From the NCBI GenBank assembly GCA_049521775.1, contig JBEKOL010000014.1:3496-67495 (forward strand): a stretch of 64,000 bases of DNA, written 5' to 3'. Below the pieces are notes generated by a model, which saw only the letters and a program-made list of their open reading frames with translations, did no database searches and was not told the DNA's origin. A program made the position numbers and the translations under genes. Within the stretch, counting starts at the first letter, position 1, and the number at the start of each line of letters is the position of its first letter. This document shows positions 40,837-51,880 of this stretch, one piece after another. Source of the stretch: Syntrophales bacterium (GTDB lineage Bacteria > Desulfobacterota > Syntrophia > Syntrophales > UBA2185).

Positions 40837-41550
40837 CTAAGTTGGGGGTAAACTGACCTTGCTGAACTCCGGCATGCACTTCCAGTTGCCCTGCAGGGTC
40901 TCATGTTGCAACCCTGATTTTAGAAGACCGATGAACTCATCGCGTGAAACGTAGCGAGCACCCAGGCTTTCCAGATGCGCTGTATAAACCTGGCAATCCA
41001 AGAACTCAAATTTAAGTTCTTTTAATTTGTAAACCAAATCGATCAGCGTCGCCTTTGATGCATTGCTCAAAAGCGAAAACATAGACTCGCCAAAAAAGCA
41101 TCGCCCGAGCGATACGCCGTAGATGCCACCGACAAGTTTTCCCTCATGCCAAGCCTCTGCGGAATGGGCAATTCCAAGTTCATGCAGTGTGCAGTATGCC
41201 TCAAGCATGTCATCCGTAATCCAAGTGCCATTCTGTTTTCTCCGCAATTTCTGACAGGACAGAATGACTTCACGAAATTTATGATCGTACGTGATCCGAA
41301 ATGTTCCCCGCCTTAGCACTTTCATCATGCTTCGCGAGACCCTGAGTTCTTCCAGGAATAATATAAATCGCGGGTCGGGAGACCACCAGATGATTGGATC
41401 GCCTTCTAAATACCATGGGAATATGCCGTTGCTATAGGCCGTAATTAGCCTGTCCGGCGAAAGGTTACCACCTATGGCAAGGATACCATTTCCCGATGCC
41501 AGATGCACGGGAGGAAAGATTGTTTCGTCACCAAGTCGAAAAATCGGCAT
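40837..41550 (-). CDS. aat: Leucyl/phenylalanyl-tRNA--protein transferase
   Basis: AY.NGIFPW, WWSPDPR, TWIT, GESMFS, NASK, LDCQ. Confidence 0.96.
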   Translation of the reverse strand: MPIFRLGDETIFPPVHLASGNGILAIGGNLSPDRLITAYSNGIFPWYLEGDPIIWWSPDPRFILFLEELRVSRSMMKVLRRGTFRITYDHKFREVILSCQKLRRKQNGTWITDDMLEAYCTLHELGIAHSAEAWHEGKLVGGIYGVSLGRCFFGESMFSLLSNASKATLIDLVYKLKELKFEFLDCQVYTAHLESLGARYVSRDEFIGLLKSGLQHETLQGNWKCMPEFSKVSLPPT

Positions 41551-41651
41551 GGAATTTTACTGCCAAACTCCCATAGCCCGTTGGTCACCATGAGATATGA
41601 AGCTATGACGCTGAGGTTTTGACAAAAGAGAATCTGTTCTCACAGTAATAG

Positions 41652-43931
41652 TTAAGTGACCTCGGCTTCTTCAAGGACGCGGACATTGACATCATCACAT
41701 TCTATATCCGCGAGAGCAATGCCGCCCTTTTGCAGTTTCCCGAAAAGCACCTCGTCCACAAAAAACCGTTTCATCTTGTCCTGGATCAGGCGGGCAATCT
41801 CTCTTGCCCCAAACTCCTCGGAGTAGCCTTTACGGGCAAGCCATTCGTAACACGGGTCGGTGACCTGGAGGTCTACGTTCTTCTCCTGCAATTGAACCGC
41901 GAATTCACCGATCGCCTTTTTTACGATCATAAGCACCACCTCATGGGTAAGGCTGTTGAAGTTGACAACTCCATCGAGACGGTTCCTGAATTCAGGCGAA
42001 AAGATCCGCTCCACCTCCGTGAATACGGCGTCCCTGTTGACGCTCTTGGCCTCGAATCCGATTATCTGCCGACCGATCTCCCGCGCGCCGGCATTAGATG
42101 TCATGAGTATGGTGACGTTACGAAAATCGGCTTTCTTTCCGTTGTTGTCCGTCAATGTCGCGTAGTCCATGACCTGCAGCAATGTGTTGAAAATGTCAGC
42201 ATGAGCCTTTTCGATCTCGTCAAGGAGCAGGACGGAATGGGGATTTTTCCTGATTGCCTCGGTAAGCAGTCCACCTTCTTCGTAACCCACATAGCCCGGG
42301 GGTGCCCCCACAAATTTTGCAACGGTGTGCTTTTCCTGATATTCACTCATGTCGTAACGGTTCAGCGGCACCCCGAGGGTCAGCGCGAGCTGGCGCGCCA
42401 GTTCGGTCTTACCCACACCCGTTGGTCCGACAAACAAAAGGGAGGCTATGGGTTTGTGGGGTTCGCGGAACCCTACGCGTGAACGTTTGATGGCCTCCAC
42501 GACCAACTCAATAGCCTTGTCCTGCCCGAAGATCCTGCTCTTGAGGCTTGTCCCAAGATCCTTAAGCTTGTCCAACTCAGACGAAGAAACACTCTTTTCC
42601 GGAATTCTCGCTATCTTTGCAATCACCGCTTCGATGTCATGAAGATCAACAGCCTTCTCCGCACCCTCATCGGCATCCTTCATATTAGCCAGAGCGCCGG
42701 CTTCATCTATCACATCGATAGCTTTATCGGGTAGCCTTCGGTCATTGATATATTTATCGGATAATTCCACAGCGGCGCGAAGGGCCTGTTCAGTATATGA
42801 TACGCGATGGTATTCCTCATACCTCTTCTTGATACCTTCAAGAATCTTCACGGTGTCGTCCGTTGTCGGTTCCATCACCTCTATCTTCTGGAACCTGCGA
42901 GAAAGAGCTCCATCCTTCTCAAAATATTTGCGGTATTCGTCATATGTGGTCGAGCCGATACACCTGAGTCTGCCTGAAGCGAGCGCCGGCTTCAGGATAT
43001 TCGAAGCATCCAGAGATCCCCCTGAAACAGCCCCGGCGCCGACGATATTATGAATCTCGTCGATGAAGAGGATTGTTTTTTCCTGTCTCTGAAGTTCGGC
43101 TATTACGCGCTTCATGCGCTCTTCGAAATCACCCCTGAATCTGGTGCCTGCAATGATAGCGCCCATATCCAAGGCGTAAATCTTCGAATCCTTCAGACGT
43201 TTCGGAACCTTCCCATCGGCAATGAGCTGCGCCAGGCCTTCTGTTATGGCCGTCTTTCCCACTCCGGGCTCGCCGACATGGACGGGGTTGTTCTTGAATC
43301 GCCGGCAAAGAACTTGAATGGTCCTTTCAAGAACATCCTCTCTGCCTATCAGGGGATCAATCTCTCCCGCTTTCGCCTTGGCCGTCAGTTCTGTCGTGAA
43401 TGACTTCAGTATTTTACTTTGATCAGAATCCTTTTCCCTAGACTCTTGCTCAGGCTCACTTTCCTCCCGCTTCTTACCCCGCCTTTGCAGTTCCGTCGTA
43501 TCGGGAATAACCGAGACTCCGTGAGAGATATAATTAAGCAGGGAAAGTCGCGTGATTCCCTCTTTCTTGAGGAAAAATGAGGCATAGGACCCCTTTTCAT
43601 CAAGAATTGAGACCAGAACATCTCCCAATTCGACAATATCTTTCTGCGCAGAGGTCGTATGCCATACGGCACGCTCCAGGACATTTTGGAAACCCAGTGA
43701 CTGCACGGATTGAGCTCCGTCCACGACCGGATTACCCTCGCGGAGATGTTTTGCCAACACCCTTTTTAAATGCTCTGGGTCGCCGCCGCATCTTTGGATG
43801 ATATCAGATCCATCATCAAAGAAAAGCGCGGCATACAGAAGGTGTTCCGGCGTTACAAACTCATGAGACCGCGTATTTGCCTCGGCATACGCAGCCATGA
43901 TGATTTGATTCAGACTTTCACTTATCTTCAT
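41652..43931 (-). CDS. clpA: ATP-dependent Clp protease ATPase ClpA
   Basis: [38 protein letters not shown]; start MKISES at 43931. Confidence 0.96.
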   Translation of the reverse strand: MKISESLNQIIMAAYAEANTRSHEFVTPEHLLYAALFFDDGSDIIQRCGGDPEHLKRVLAKHLREGNPVVDGAQSVQSLGFQNVLERAVWHTTSAQKDIVELGDVLVSILDEKGSYASFFLKKEGITRLSLLNYISHGVSVIPDTTELQRRGKKREESEPEQESREKDSDQSKILKSFTTELTAKAKAGEIDPLIGREDVLERTIQVLCRRFKNNPVHVGEPGVGKTAITEGLAQLIADGKVPKRLKDSKIYALDMGAIIAGTRFRGDFEERMKRVIAELQRQEKTILFIDEIHNIVGAGAVSGGSLDASNILKPALASGRLRCIGSTTYDEYRKYFEKDGALSRRFQKIEVMEPTTDDTVKILEGIKKRYEEYHRVSYTEQALRAAVELSDKYINDRRLPDKAIDVIDEAGALANMKDADEGAEKAVDLHDIEAVIAKIARIPEKSVSSSELDKLKDLGTSLKSRIFGQDKAIELVVEAIKRSRVGFREPHKPIASLLFVGPTGVGKTELARQLALTLGVPLNRYDMSEYQEKHTVAKFVGAPPGYVGYEEGGLLTEAIRKNPHSVLLLDEIEKAHADIFNTLLQVMDYATLTDNNGKKADFRNVTILMTSNAGAREIGRQIIGFEAKSVNRDAVFTEVERIFSPEFRNRLDGVVNFNSLTHEVVLMIVKKAIGEFAVQLQEKNVDLQVTDPCYEWLARKGYSEEFGAREIARLIQDKMKRFFVDEVLFGKLQKGGIALADIECDDVNVRVLEEAEVT

Positions 43932-43948
43932 TACATTCCCCCTATCGA

Positions 43949-44272
43949 TCAGGCCTCTTCCAATGAACATTTCAGAGGGAATTCTCTTAACTTCGCCATC
44001 GTATGTACCTGGGCTACCTTTGTGGCGGCAATATCGTATGTATACACACCACATGCACCGGCCCCTTTTTTATGGACGTCGAGCATGATTTTGGTGGCTT
44101 CCGCAGCCGGTTTATGGAACACAAGTATCAGAACTTCGATGACAAACTCCATTGTCGTATAATGATCATTATGAAGTATAACCCGATACATCTTTGGCTC
44201 TTGAAGGACCGTATCGGGATCTAACTTGACATCTCTGTCATCCATTGAATCAGGATCACGATATTTCGACAT
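43949..44272 (-). CDS. clpS: N-degron adaptor ClpS
   Basis: YRVILHND.YTTMEFV, IMLDVH..G, FPL.C. Confidence 0.96.
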   Translation of the reverse strand: MSKYRDPDSMDDRDVKLDPDTVLQEPKMYRVILHNDHYTTMEFVIEVLILVFHKPAAEATKIMLDVHKKGAGACGVYTYDIAATKVAQVHTMAKLREFPLKCSLEEA

Positions 44273-44328
44273 ACCAAACCCTCAAACTGCACATCAGTAG
44301 TTTGCCTTTTAGTCAATTTTATGAAGAT

Positions 44329-44357
44329 AATATAGAACACGGGAGGCTGACTGTCAA
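44329..44357 (-). promoter_or_regulatory. Sigma70-type promoter for clpS-clpA-aat
   Basis: TTGACA-17 nt-TATATT. Confidence 0.6.
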
Positions 44358-44866
44358 TGTCGTTATTGCGCTCACGGAAACGCTGTAAACTTGAATAATT
44401 AGATATTCAGATAATCTTGGACTGTTTTCACGATAGCCCGGACATCGTCTTCGCCTGATTCCGTGTCGAGTACGTCTTCTCTATTCTTTTGTAAGGTTAC
44501 ATGATGCCGACCCTCACATGCCGCAAAGCGTCGGCTTCGCAAACTCGCCATGATATAGGGCATGATAACGAATCTCTTGGACAGGTATTTAAAAGGAAGA
44601 TATTTTATCTTTGTCTGTGTCAATTTCTATGCTAAAAATCAGACCCGTGAAAAAAGTGCAACAAAAATCGTCGGCCTTTGGATTCTTTTGCCATCAGAGT
44701 CTGTGCTTGCAACAAGGGCTGGCGCGGGATATATTTTCTTTATCTAAGGTTAGAGCGGCTTTGCAACTGGTTTGCGACATAACAAATTCGGCTTAATTGC
44801 CCATTCAATCGCAGAACAGGTTACATAGTTAGTGTGGAGATAAGACAGGTCTTTAGGGGGTAACCC

Positions 44867-46348
44867 ATGGACAAGCTGACCGTCGCTATGCCGTTCAGTT
44901 TGCAGTCTGGTTTTGAAAAGACGCTGCGGCTTTTCATTCAATCACCGCTGATTGAAGAAGTAATCGTTATCCATGATGGCGCTCTCAAGCCACCATGGCC
45001 GAAGTGCAAAGTCATAAGAGCCTCATCCCTTTCCTGCGGCAAGGTACTGAACGACCTCATGGAAAAAATCAGGACAGATTTTCTCATGATAATCACAGAG
45101 CCAGCGGAAATGGAGATTCCGTCCACAACGCTCGAACGTTTCATTGACATAGCGGAATCTACGGATTCAGGCATGGTCTATTCCGACTACCAGGAAATGG
45201 AACAGGGGAACCTCGTTGAACATCCCGTCAATGACTATCAACTGGGAAGCATCCGTGACGAATTTGATTTCGGATACTTAATCCTATTTTCTTTCCCCGC
45301 AATCAGACGCGCATTAAAAAAATACGGCCCCATACCTGCCGTCGTTCATGCAGGATTGTATGACCTGCGGTTGAAGGTTTCTATCGACCACAGTATTTTC
45401 CATATTCAGGAGTTTCTCTATACGAAGAAAGAAACAGACTCCAATACGGATAAAGTAAGATCGCAGCATGAGGATCAGTTCAATTATGTCGCCCCCCACA
45501 ACCAGACCGTACAAAAGGAAATGGAACTGGTTGCCTCAGAACACTTAAGAAATATCGGCGCCTTTTTGGAACCGCACTTTAAGAATGTGCCCCAATCGGA
45601 GTATAATTTTCCTGTCGAGGCAACTGTCATAATTCCCGTGCGGAACCGGGTGAGCAAAATCAAAGACGCAGTGCATAGCGCCTTGACACAGGAGACGAAC
45701 TGTCCGTACAACGTGATTGTGGTAGACAACCATTCGACTGATGGAACATCTCCTGTCCTGACTGAACTTGCCGGGCGTAATCCGTCTTTAATACATATTA
45801 TTCCTTCAAGACTTGATCTCGCTATCGGCGGGTGCTGGAACGAAGCAGTCTTCTCAGAATTCTGCGGCCGCTATGCAGTTCAATTGGACTCAGACGATGT
45901 TTATGAGAGCCCCAGGACGTTACAGATGCTCATCGAGGTAATGAGAAGCGGAGACTTTGCCATGGTCATCGGCTCCTACACTCTCGTTAATGAATCTCTG
46001 CAGGAGATTCCGCCCGGTATAATAGACCACAGGGAATGGACAGCTGACAACGGACGCAATAATGCGTTGCGCATCAATGGGCTGGGAGCGCCGCGCGCCT
46101 TTGATACGGCGCTTCTTCGTAAAATCTGCTTTCTCAATGTGGGTTATGGAGAAGACTATGCAATGGCCCTCAGATTATCAAGAGAATATCGCATAGGCAG
46201 AATTTATGAGAGTCTCTATCTATGCCGACGGTGGGCGGGCAATACGGACGCGCGCGTCGCCATAGAGAAACGTAATTGCTATGATGCATTCAAAGACAAG
46301 ATTCGAACTGTTGAAATCATGGCGCGCCGGAAGCTGAAGGCAAAGTGA
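44867..46348 (+). CDS. Two-domain GT2 (GT-A fold) glycosyltransferase
   Basis: N-terminal divergent GT-A (MVYSDY...DYQLGS.RD.FDFG...YDLRL); C-terminal GT2 VIIPVRNR, VVDNHSTDG, QLDSDD, GEDY; no TM. Confidence 0.88.
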   Translation: MDKLTVAMPFSLQSGFEKTLRLFIQSPLIEEVIVIHDGALKPPWPKCKVIRASSLSCGKVLNDLMEKIRTDFLMIITEPAEMEIPSTTLERFIDIAESTDSGMVYSDYQEMEQGNLVEHPVNDYQLGSIRDEFDFGYLILFSFPAIRRALKKYGPIPAVVHAGLYDLRLKVSIDHSIFHIQEFLYTKKETDSNTDKVRSQHEDQFNYVAPHNQTVQKEMELVASEHLRNIGAFLEPHFKNVPQSEYNFPVEATVIIPVRNRVSKIKDAVHSALTQETNCPYNVIVVDNHSTDGTSPVLTELAGRNPSLIHIIPSRLDLAIGGCWNEAVFSEFCGRYAVQLDSDDVYESPRTLQMLIEVMRSGDFAMVIGSYTLVNESLQEIPPGIIDHREWTADNGRNNALRINGLGAPRAFDTALLRKICFLNVGYGEDYAMALRLSREYRIGRIYESLYLCRRWAGNTDARVAIEKRNCYDAFKDKIRTVEIMARRKLKAK

Positions 46349-46358
46349 GCATCTGAAT

Positions 46359-47357
46359 ATGGACGCGCTCTTGCAAAAAAGAATATCGATTTCATTTGAC
46401 GGGAAAGCATCTGGGCCATCTCTATCGGAGCTCTGCCGCAATCTTCTCAAAGAGCAAAAGGCCTCGTGGGCTGATCTTTCTCTCGGATATGAGGCTCTGA
46501 AAAGTGTGCGAGTAAAGGAACTCCGTTGCAACGGCTTTTCTGTGAGACTCCATCATAATCCCAGAAGGATCAAGAGCACTACTGCCCCGGTTGACCAAGA
46601 ATCCATCGATAAGAGACCTTGTTTTCTCTGTCTCGAAAATCTCCCCCAGCCACAGCGCGGCATCTTATACAAGGAGGATTTCATTATTCTCTGCAATCCC
46701 TTTCCTATCTGTCCGGAGCACTATACTATTGCACATATTATTCATGGTCCCCAGTCGTTTGAAGGAATGGTTTCAACATTTCTGAAAATGGCCAAGGACT
46801 TCAGCCCGGATTTTAACGTGTTTTATAACGGCCCGGAAAGCGGCGCATCCGCGCCGGACCACCTGCACTTTCAGGCGATAGCTCGGGAAATACTGCCAAT
46901 CGAAAGAGAAATCGGAGACAGGGCAAGACTCGCATTCCTCAAATGCATTCAAGCCACTCTTATTTTCAGGGCAAAAAATGTGGGAAGGGAAGCGATTATT
47001 ATGGAAGGACAGGATTGCATTGCCATCTGTCAGGCCTTGGCGAGTATCGTCTCGGCCACGAAAAGCGTCCTGTCGTCACCGGCAGAACCTCGCATGAATC
47101 TGCTCTGCTCATATAATAGAAATAAATGGCGAGTCGTAATTTTCCCGCGGCAAAAGCATCGCCCTTCCGTCTATTTTTTACCCGGCAACGAAAGAATTTT
47201 AATCTCACCGGGACTGGTGGAGATGGGAGGCATCGTTGTAACGCCCATAGAGAAAGACTTTGATATAGTCAATGAGGAACTGATTCGGAAAATTTATACA
47301 GAAGTCTCAGTTAACAAAGAAACCATTCAAAAAATACTGGCGGCTCTATCCTTTTGA
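46359..47357 (+). CDS. DUF4922 protein, HIT-type nucleotidyl phosphorylase-like
   Basis: NP.RI.ST.A, RPCFLC..NLP, L.NPFPI...H.TI, FYNG...GASAPDHLHFQ, SPG..EMGG. Confidence 0.88.
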   Translation: MDALLQKRISISFDGKASGPSLSELCRNLLKEQKASWADLSLGYEALKSVRVKELRCNGFSVRLHHNPRRIKSTTAPVDQESIDKRPCFLCLENLPQPQRGILYKEDFIILCNPFPICPEHYTIAHIIHGPQSFEGMVSTFLKMAKDFSPDFNVFYNGPESGASAPDHLHFQAIAREILPIEREIGDRARLAFLKCIQATLIFRAKNVGREAIIMEGQDCIAICQALASIVSATKSVLSSPAEPRMNLLCSYNRNKWRVVIFPRQKHRPSVYFLPGNERILISPGLVEMGGIVVTPIEKDFDIVNEELIRKIYTEVSVNKETIQKILAALSF

Positions 47358-47362
47358 AGCTT

Positions 47363-47914
47363 ATGAAAATGACAGCCATTATCGACAGCAGGATGACCTT
47401 TGAGGCAGCTACTGCCGGCACAAGGGCACCCCGGGAGATAATTGACAAATTATATCTCGTCGACGTGCGCTACCGGGCATTCGACAGCCGATTACACCAG
47501 GGACAAATCATCATTCATCAAGAGGTGAAAGAGGACGTCGTAGAAATTTTTGCGCTAATGGAGAGGACGGATTTTCTTGTTTTTCAGGTTGTACCCATCG
47601 TGAAGTACGATTGGTCTGATGACCTGTCTATGTCGGACAATAATACATCCGCCTTTAACTACCGATTGGTTCAGGGCACCGACAGGTTATCAAACCATGC
47701 ATTTGGAAAGGCTGTCGATATTAACCCTTATTTGAACCCTGTCATAGATGAGGATGGCCGGATTGATCCTCCGGGCGCCAGCTATGTTCCCGGGAGGGCA
47801 GGAACTCTCGACGATTCACATCCCGTAGTAAGAGAATTCCTGAATCGGGGATGGCGCTGGGGAGGGCATTTCAAGCCGAAGAAGGACTATCATCATTTCG
47901 ATAAGCCGGGATAG
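47363..47914 (+). CDS. M15-family Zn metallopeptidase (peptidoglycan peptidase-like)
   Basis: NNTSAFNYR, LSNHAFGKAVDINP..NP, W.WGG, DYHHF. Confidence 0.85.
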   Translation: MKMTAIIDSRMTFEAATAGTRAPREIIDKLYLVDVRYRAFDSRLHQGQIIIHQEVKEDVVEIFALMERTDFLVFQVVPIVKYDWSDDLSMSDNNTSAFNYRLVQGTDRLSNHAFGKAVDINPYLNPVIDEDGRIDPPGASYVPGRAGTLDDSHPVVREFLNRGWRWGGHFKPKKDYHHFDKPG

Positions 47915-48689
47915 CGCGCCCAACCATAATTCCCGTCATCATCTTTCGTTTCGAAAGGTACTGATGCAGGGTCAGATCGGAAACAACCACCTTTTTCTCG
48001 ACTTCCGATGCGTGCAGGAGATGAATCTTGCTTCCCAGGCTGACGGCAAGGCCAACATGCATGACGTCCAATCCCTCGATGCCCGCGGTAATCGCAATCA
48101 AGTCTCCATTCTCGACCACGTCTCCCAATTTTCCTATAGCAGCTTTCGGGATATGATGTAGCAATCGCCGGGAGAGGCGTTTTTCAATAGCCATCATATC
48201 TCGATAAGATTTATCCATGCTCAAGGCGGAATAATCTTCCCGATGACTTGTCATAAAATTGAAATTCTTTCGGAATGGTTCCCCACCGTACCTGCGTGTA
48301 ACATCTATCACAATCTCTTTTCTCTCGTTGTCGCAGAGCCAGTCGGAAAAATAGTGGAGGCGCGAGGAATATCCCTTTAATATGCCACGACGGTAACGGA
48401 TTTTCTTCAGCTGCGCGGCGTAACTCATGAAGTGGGATTTGCTTTTGCTTATCAGCCCCGCCAGGACCACGACATTTTCCACAAAGGTAAAGCAGTCAAA
48501 TTCCCGTAAATTTATGACGAGTGTCTCCCTGCCTTCCCTCTCCAGCGTATGGCTCGCGTAGGGAAAGCCAAGAAAATACTTGCCCACACCCAGAATTAAC
48601 TCACTGATGGATCTCGCTCTTTCCCAATGGTTACGAAAGGAGCAGACAAAATCATCATAAATGGCACGGTCTTCAGGACGATAAATCAC
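47871..48689 (-). CDS. DUF1460 N-acetylmuramoyl-L-alanine amidase (NlpC/P60-related), no signal peptide
   Basis: FLG.PY...TLE....E.LVINL..FDCFTFVE (Cys), RLHYFSDW, GLDV.HVG (His), LLHAS. Confidence 0.9.
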   Translation of the reverse strand: MIYRPEDRAIYDDFVCSFRNHWERARSISELILGVGKYFLGFPYASHTLEREGRETLVINLREFDCFTFVENVVVLAGLISKSKSHFMSYAAQLKKIRYRRGILKGYSSRLHYFSDWLCDNERKEIVIDVTRRYGGEPFRKNFNFMTSHREDYSALSMDKSYRDMMAIEKRLSRRLLHHIPKAAIGKLGDVVENGDLIAITAGIEGLDVMHVGLAVSLGSKIHLLHASEVEKKVVVSDLTLHQYLSKRKMMTGIMVGRAIPAYRNDDSPSSA

Positions 48690-48691
48690 GA

Positions 48692-49537
48692 TTAGACCTC
48701 TAATCCGCCGAATTCTAGCGAAGCATTGGAACCATCTTCGGGAATCACGAAAGACAGGAACCTTTTCTCATAATAGGTGGAACCAGGGTTGATTGATATC
48801 AAGGATCCTTTTCTCACCACTTTCTGGTCATGCGTGTGGCCACATATATGGTACCTGACCTTTGGATGATTGTGAAGCATCTCTCCGAGTCGCTTGCTTC
48901 CCATAAAGGCATTACAAAAATTCCACGCAGGAAAATCTTCCCTCACGGTCAGCATTTCGAAAAATCCGATATGGTGCGTAACGGCGACGATCTGATCTGC
49001 CTCGGCTTCCAGCGTCCTTATATCTGCTTCCAGTTTTTCCTGGAGTTCATTGGTATAGTCCAAATCCGTTTTGCCGAGCCTCACGAAATGGACATCATTC
49101 CAGATGATATGACCGCCGAATATCTTCTTTTCGTATGACGATCGTGGAGGAAGCAGAGCGGGAGAGAAGGAATAATCATACCAAAGACAATTGCCCGCAA
49201 AGCCGATGCCGCCTATGATTACGGGCTCTTCCTCTAAGAGCTTGAACCCGCAACCTTCGATTCTTGACTGCAGTTTTTCGAGATTACCGAGCGTATCGCC
49301 TCCAGTGCTCCAATATTCATGGTTGCCGAAAACCTTGAGCCTAACGGGAGCCACCCCTCTGAAAAGATTCAAACATTCTTCCAATTTCGAAGAGCCAAGT
49401 CCCACGGTATCTCCCGCCAATACGAGCACGTCAGGCTTTTCCTTCTCCATCCTTCCTATAAAATTTAGGAATTTATCATGCTCGGCCGGGTTTCGTATCA
49501 GATCATAATGGATATCACCGGTTGCTGTAATTTTCAT
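48692..49537 (-). CDS. Calcineurin-like metallophosphoesterase
   Basis: DIH, LAGD, GNHE, THH, GHTH; 2 nt upstream of the DUF1460 gene. Confidence 0.88.
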   Translation of the reverse strand: MKITATGDIHYDLIRNPAEHDKFLNFIGRMEKEKPDVLVLAGDTVGLGSSKLEECLNLFRGVAPVRLKVFGNHEYWSTGGDTLGNLEKLQSRIEGCGFKLLEEEPVIIGGIGFAGNCLWYDYSFSPALLPPRSSYEKKIFGGHIIWNDVHFVRLGKTDLDYTNELQEKLEADIRTLEAEADQIVAVTHHIGFFEMLTVREDFPAWNFCNAFMGSKRLGEMLHNHPKVRYHICGHTHDQKVVRKGSLISINPGSTYYEKRFLSFVIPEDGSNASLEFGGLEV

Positions 49538-49874
49538 AGTTTTAGCAATATCACTCGTTGGAAACTTATGCGGCATCTTAGATTCTTGTCAAGAAAATAG
49601 CACATCTTGCGGTGAAATTGAATTGTAATCTACCGTTCAATGAAGGAATAGCCAGGATGCGTCGATTGCCGGCATAATCATAAACGGTCGCCCTTATTCC
49701 AAAAACTCGAACCGCATAAGTGGGTTGGTATCTATCATTGATTTTTGGGTTGTTATGCGTTAATAATTGACATCCTTTCAGGGAGAGGTATTCGTGGGAA
49801 GAAGCAGGCTGAAAGTTTTTTCGCTACCTTAATTGAGGAGATGCTTTAGACTTATCCGGTTATATTATCGGTGA

Positions 49875-50876
<1,002 letters not shown>

Positions 50877-50898
50877 CTATAATGAGCGTATTTATTTA

Positions 50899-51501
50899 AT
50901 GCCCATGACTGTAAAAAGAAAGATACTGATATACTTTCTCGTTCTTCTATTGTTGGCCATTTTTTTTGTCGCACTTAATTACGGCCCCCGGTATCTCACT
51001 TACGCCGATGAGCCTCTAAGGTCAGACGCAGTAGTACTCTTTGTGGGGCCCGATAACAAAGCCAGGCAGGAAGACGCGAATCGTCTCATGAGTGAAGGTT
51101 ATGCGCGCTACCTATTCATCCCCGCCTACAGAAGAATCACGGAAGCCTCATCTTTGCCACCTATGGCAGGCGCAAAAAAGGCGAACCCGAAACTGATTAT
51201 TTCCGGTCTAAAACCCAGACCATATTTTGAAAATACCCATGTCGAGGCACTTGAGGCAAAACGCATGATGGAGCAGTACAGATTAAATTCTGCCATCTTC
51301 GTCAGTTCGCCTGATCACATGCGCCGCATAAAGATCATCACTGAGAGAATCTTTCGCGAAGAACCCGTGAGAATCGTCTTTGTACCAATTCGAGTCGAAC
51401 CGGCGCATCAAGATCTGACACTGTCCGATTATAAGCGCATGGGAAAAGAATATGTAAAGATCATCTGGTTCTTGATGTACTCCCCGTTTTGGTCAACCTG
51501 A
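50899..51501 (+). CDS. YdcF/DUF218 (ElyC-like) envelope protein
   Basis: N-terminal TM, DAVVLF.G, NTHVEA, VSSPDHMRR, KEYVK. Confidence 0.75.
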   Translation: MPMTVKRKILIYFLVLLLLAIFFVALNYGPRYLTYADEPLRSDAVVLFVGPDNKARQEDANRLMSEGYARYLFIPAYRRITEASSLPPMAGAKKANPKLIISGLKPRPYFENTHVEALEAKRMMEQYRLNSAIFVSSPDHMRRIKIITERIFREEPVRIVFVPIRVEPAHQDLTLSDYKRMGKEYVKIIWFLMYSPFWST

Positions 51502-51661
51502 AATCTTCTATAATTACTTTCGAAATATGTAAGATTTCAACCGTTGATCGTTCCACGCATTACTACAAAGGGGGAAATGGCAAATTTCGAAGCCATGCGG
51601 GTGTCTCATTTAAGCCCGTACTACTGGATGGACTGACTGCATCTGTAAGGAATGGCGCAAG

Positions 51662-51880
51662 ATGAACAAGACGGTTGATGGCAATCACTCAACCCCCCAG
51701 AACATTACTTAAGGGAGCTGTCGCAGGTCTCGGTGCCATCGGGACGGCAGGATTTAATGCCGCAGGAGCAAAGACCATAAACCTGCGTCAAGTCCCTAAA
51801 TGGGACTATACGACCGGCGTGGTGGTTGTCGGGTACGGGGCGGCAGGCGGCCCATGATGCCGGAGCGCAAGTCATCATTT
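51662..51880 (+). pseudogene. 5' remnant of a Tat-exported FAD-dependent oxidoreductase
   Basis: Broken Tat signal (..ST-[fs]-RTLLKG), KWDYTT.VVVVGYGAAG, then AHDAGAQVII in another frame. Confidence 0.7.

Noticed and set aside
44399..44623. 74-aa minus-strand ORF, and the 65-aa ORF at 34363-34560
   Set aside because: No RBS or recognisable motif; at most gene remnants
44648..44663. Exact 16-mer TGAAAAAAGTGCAACA repeated at 52266-52281, partial copy at 32891
   Set aside because: About one 16-mer repeat is expected by chance in 64 kb, it is A-rich, and the flanks do not align; it could still be an IS/MITE end remnant
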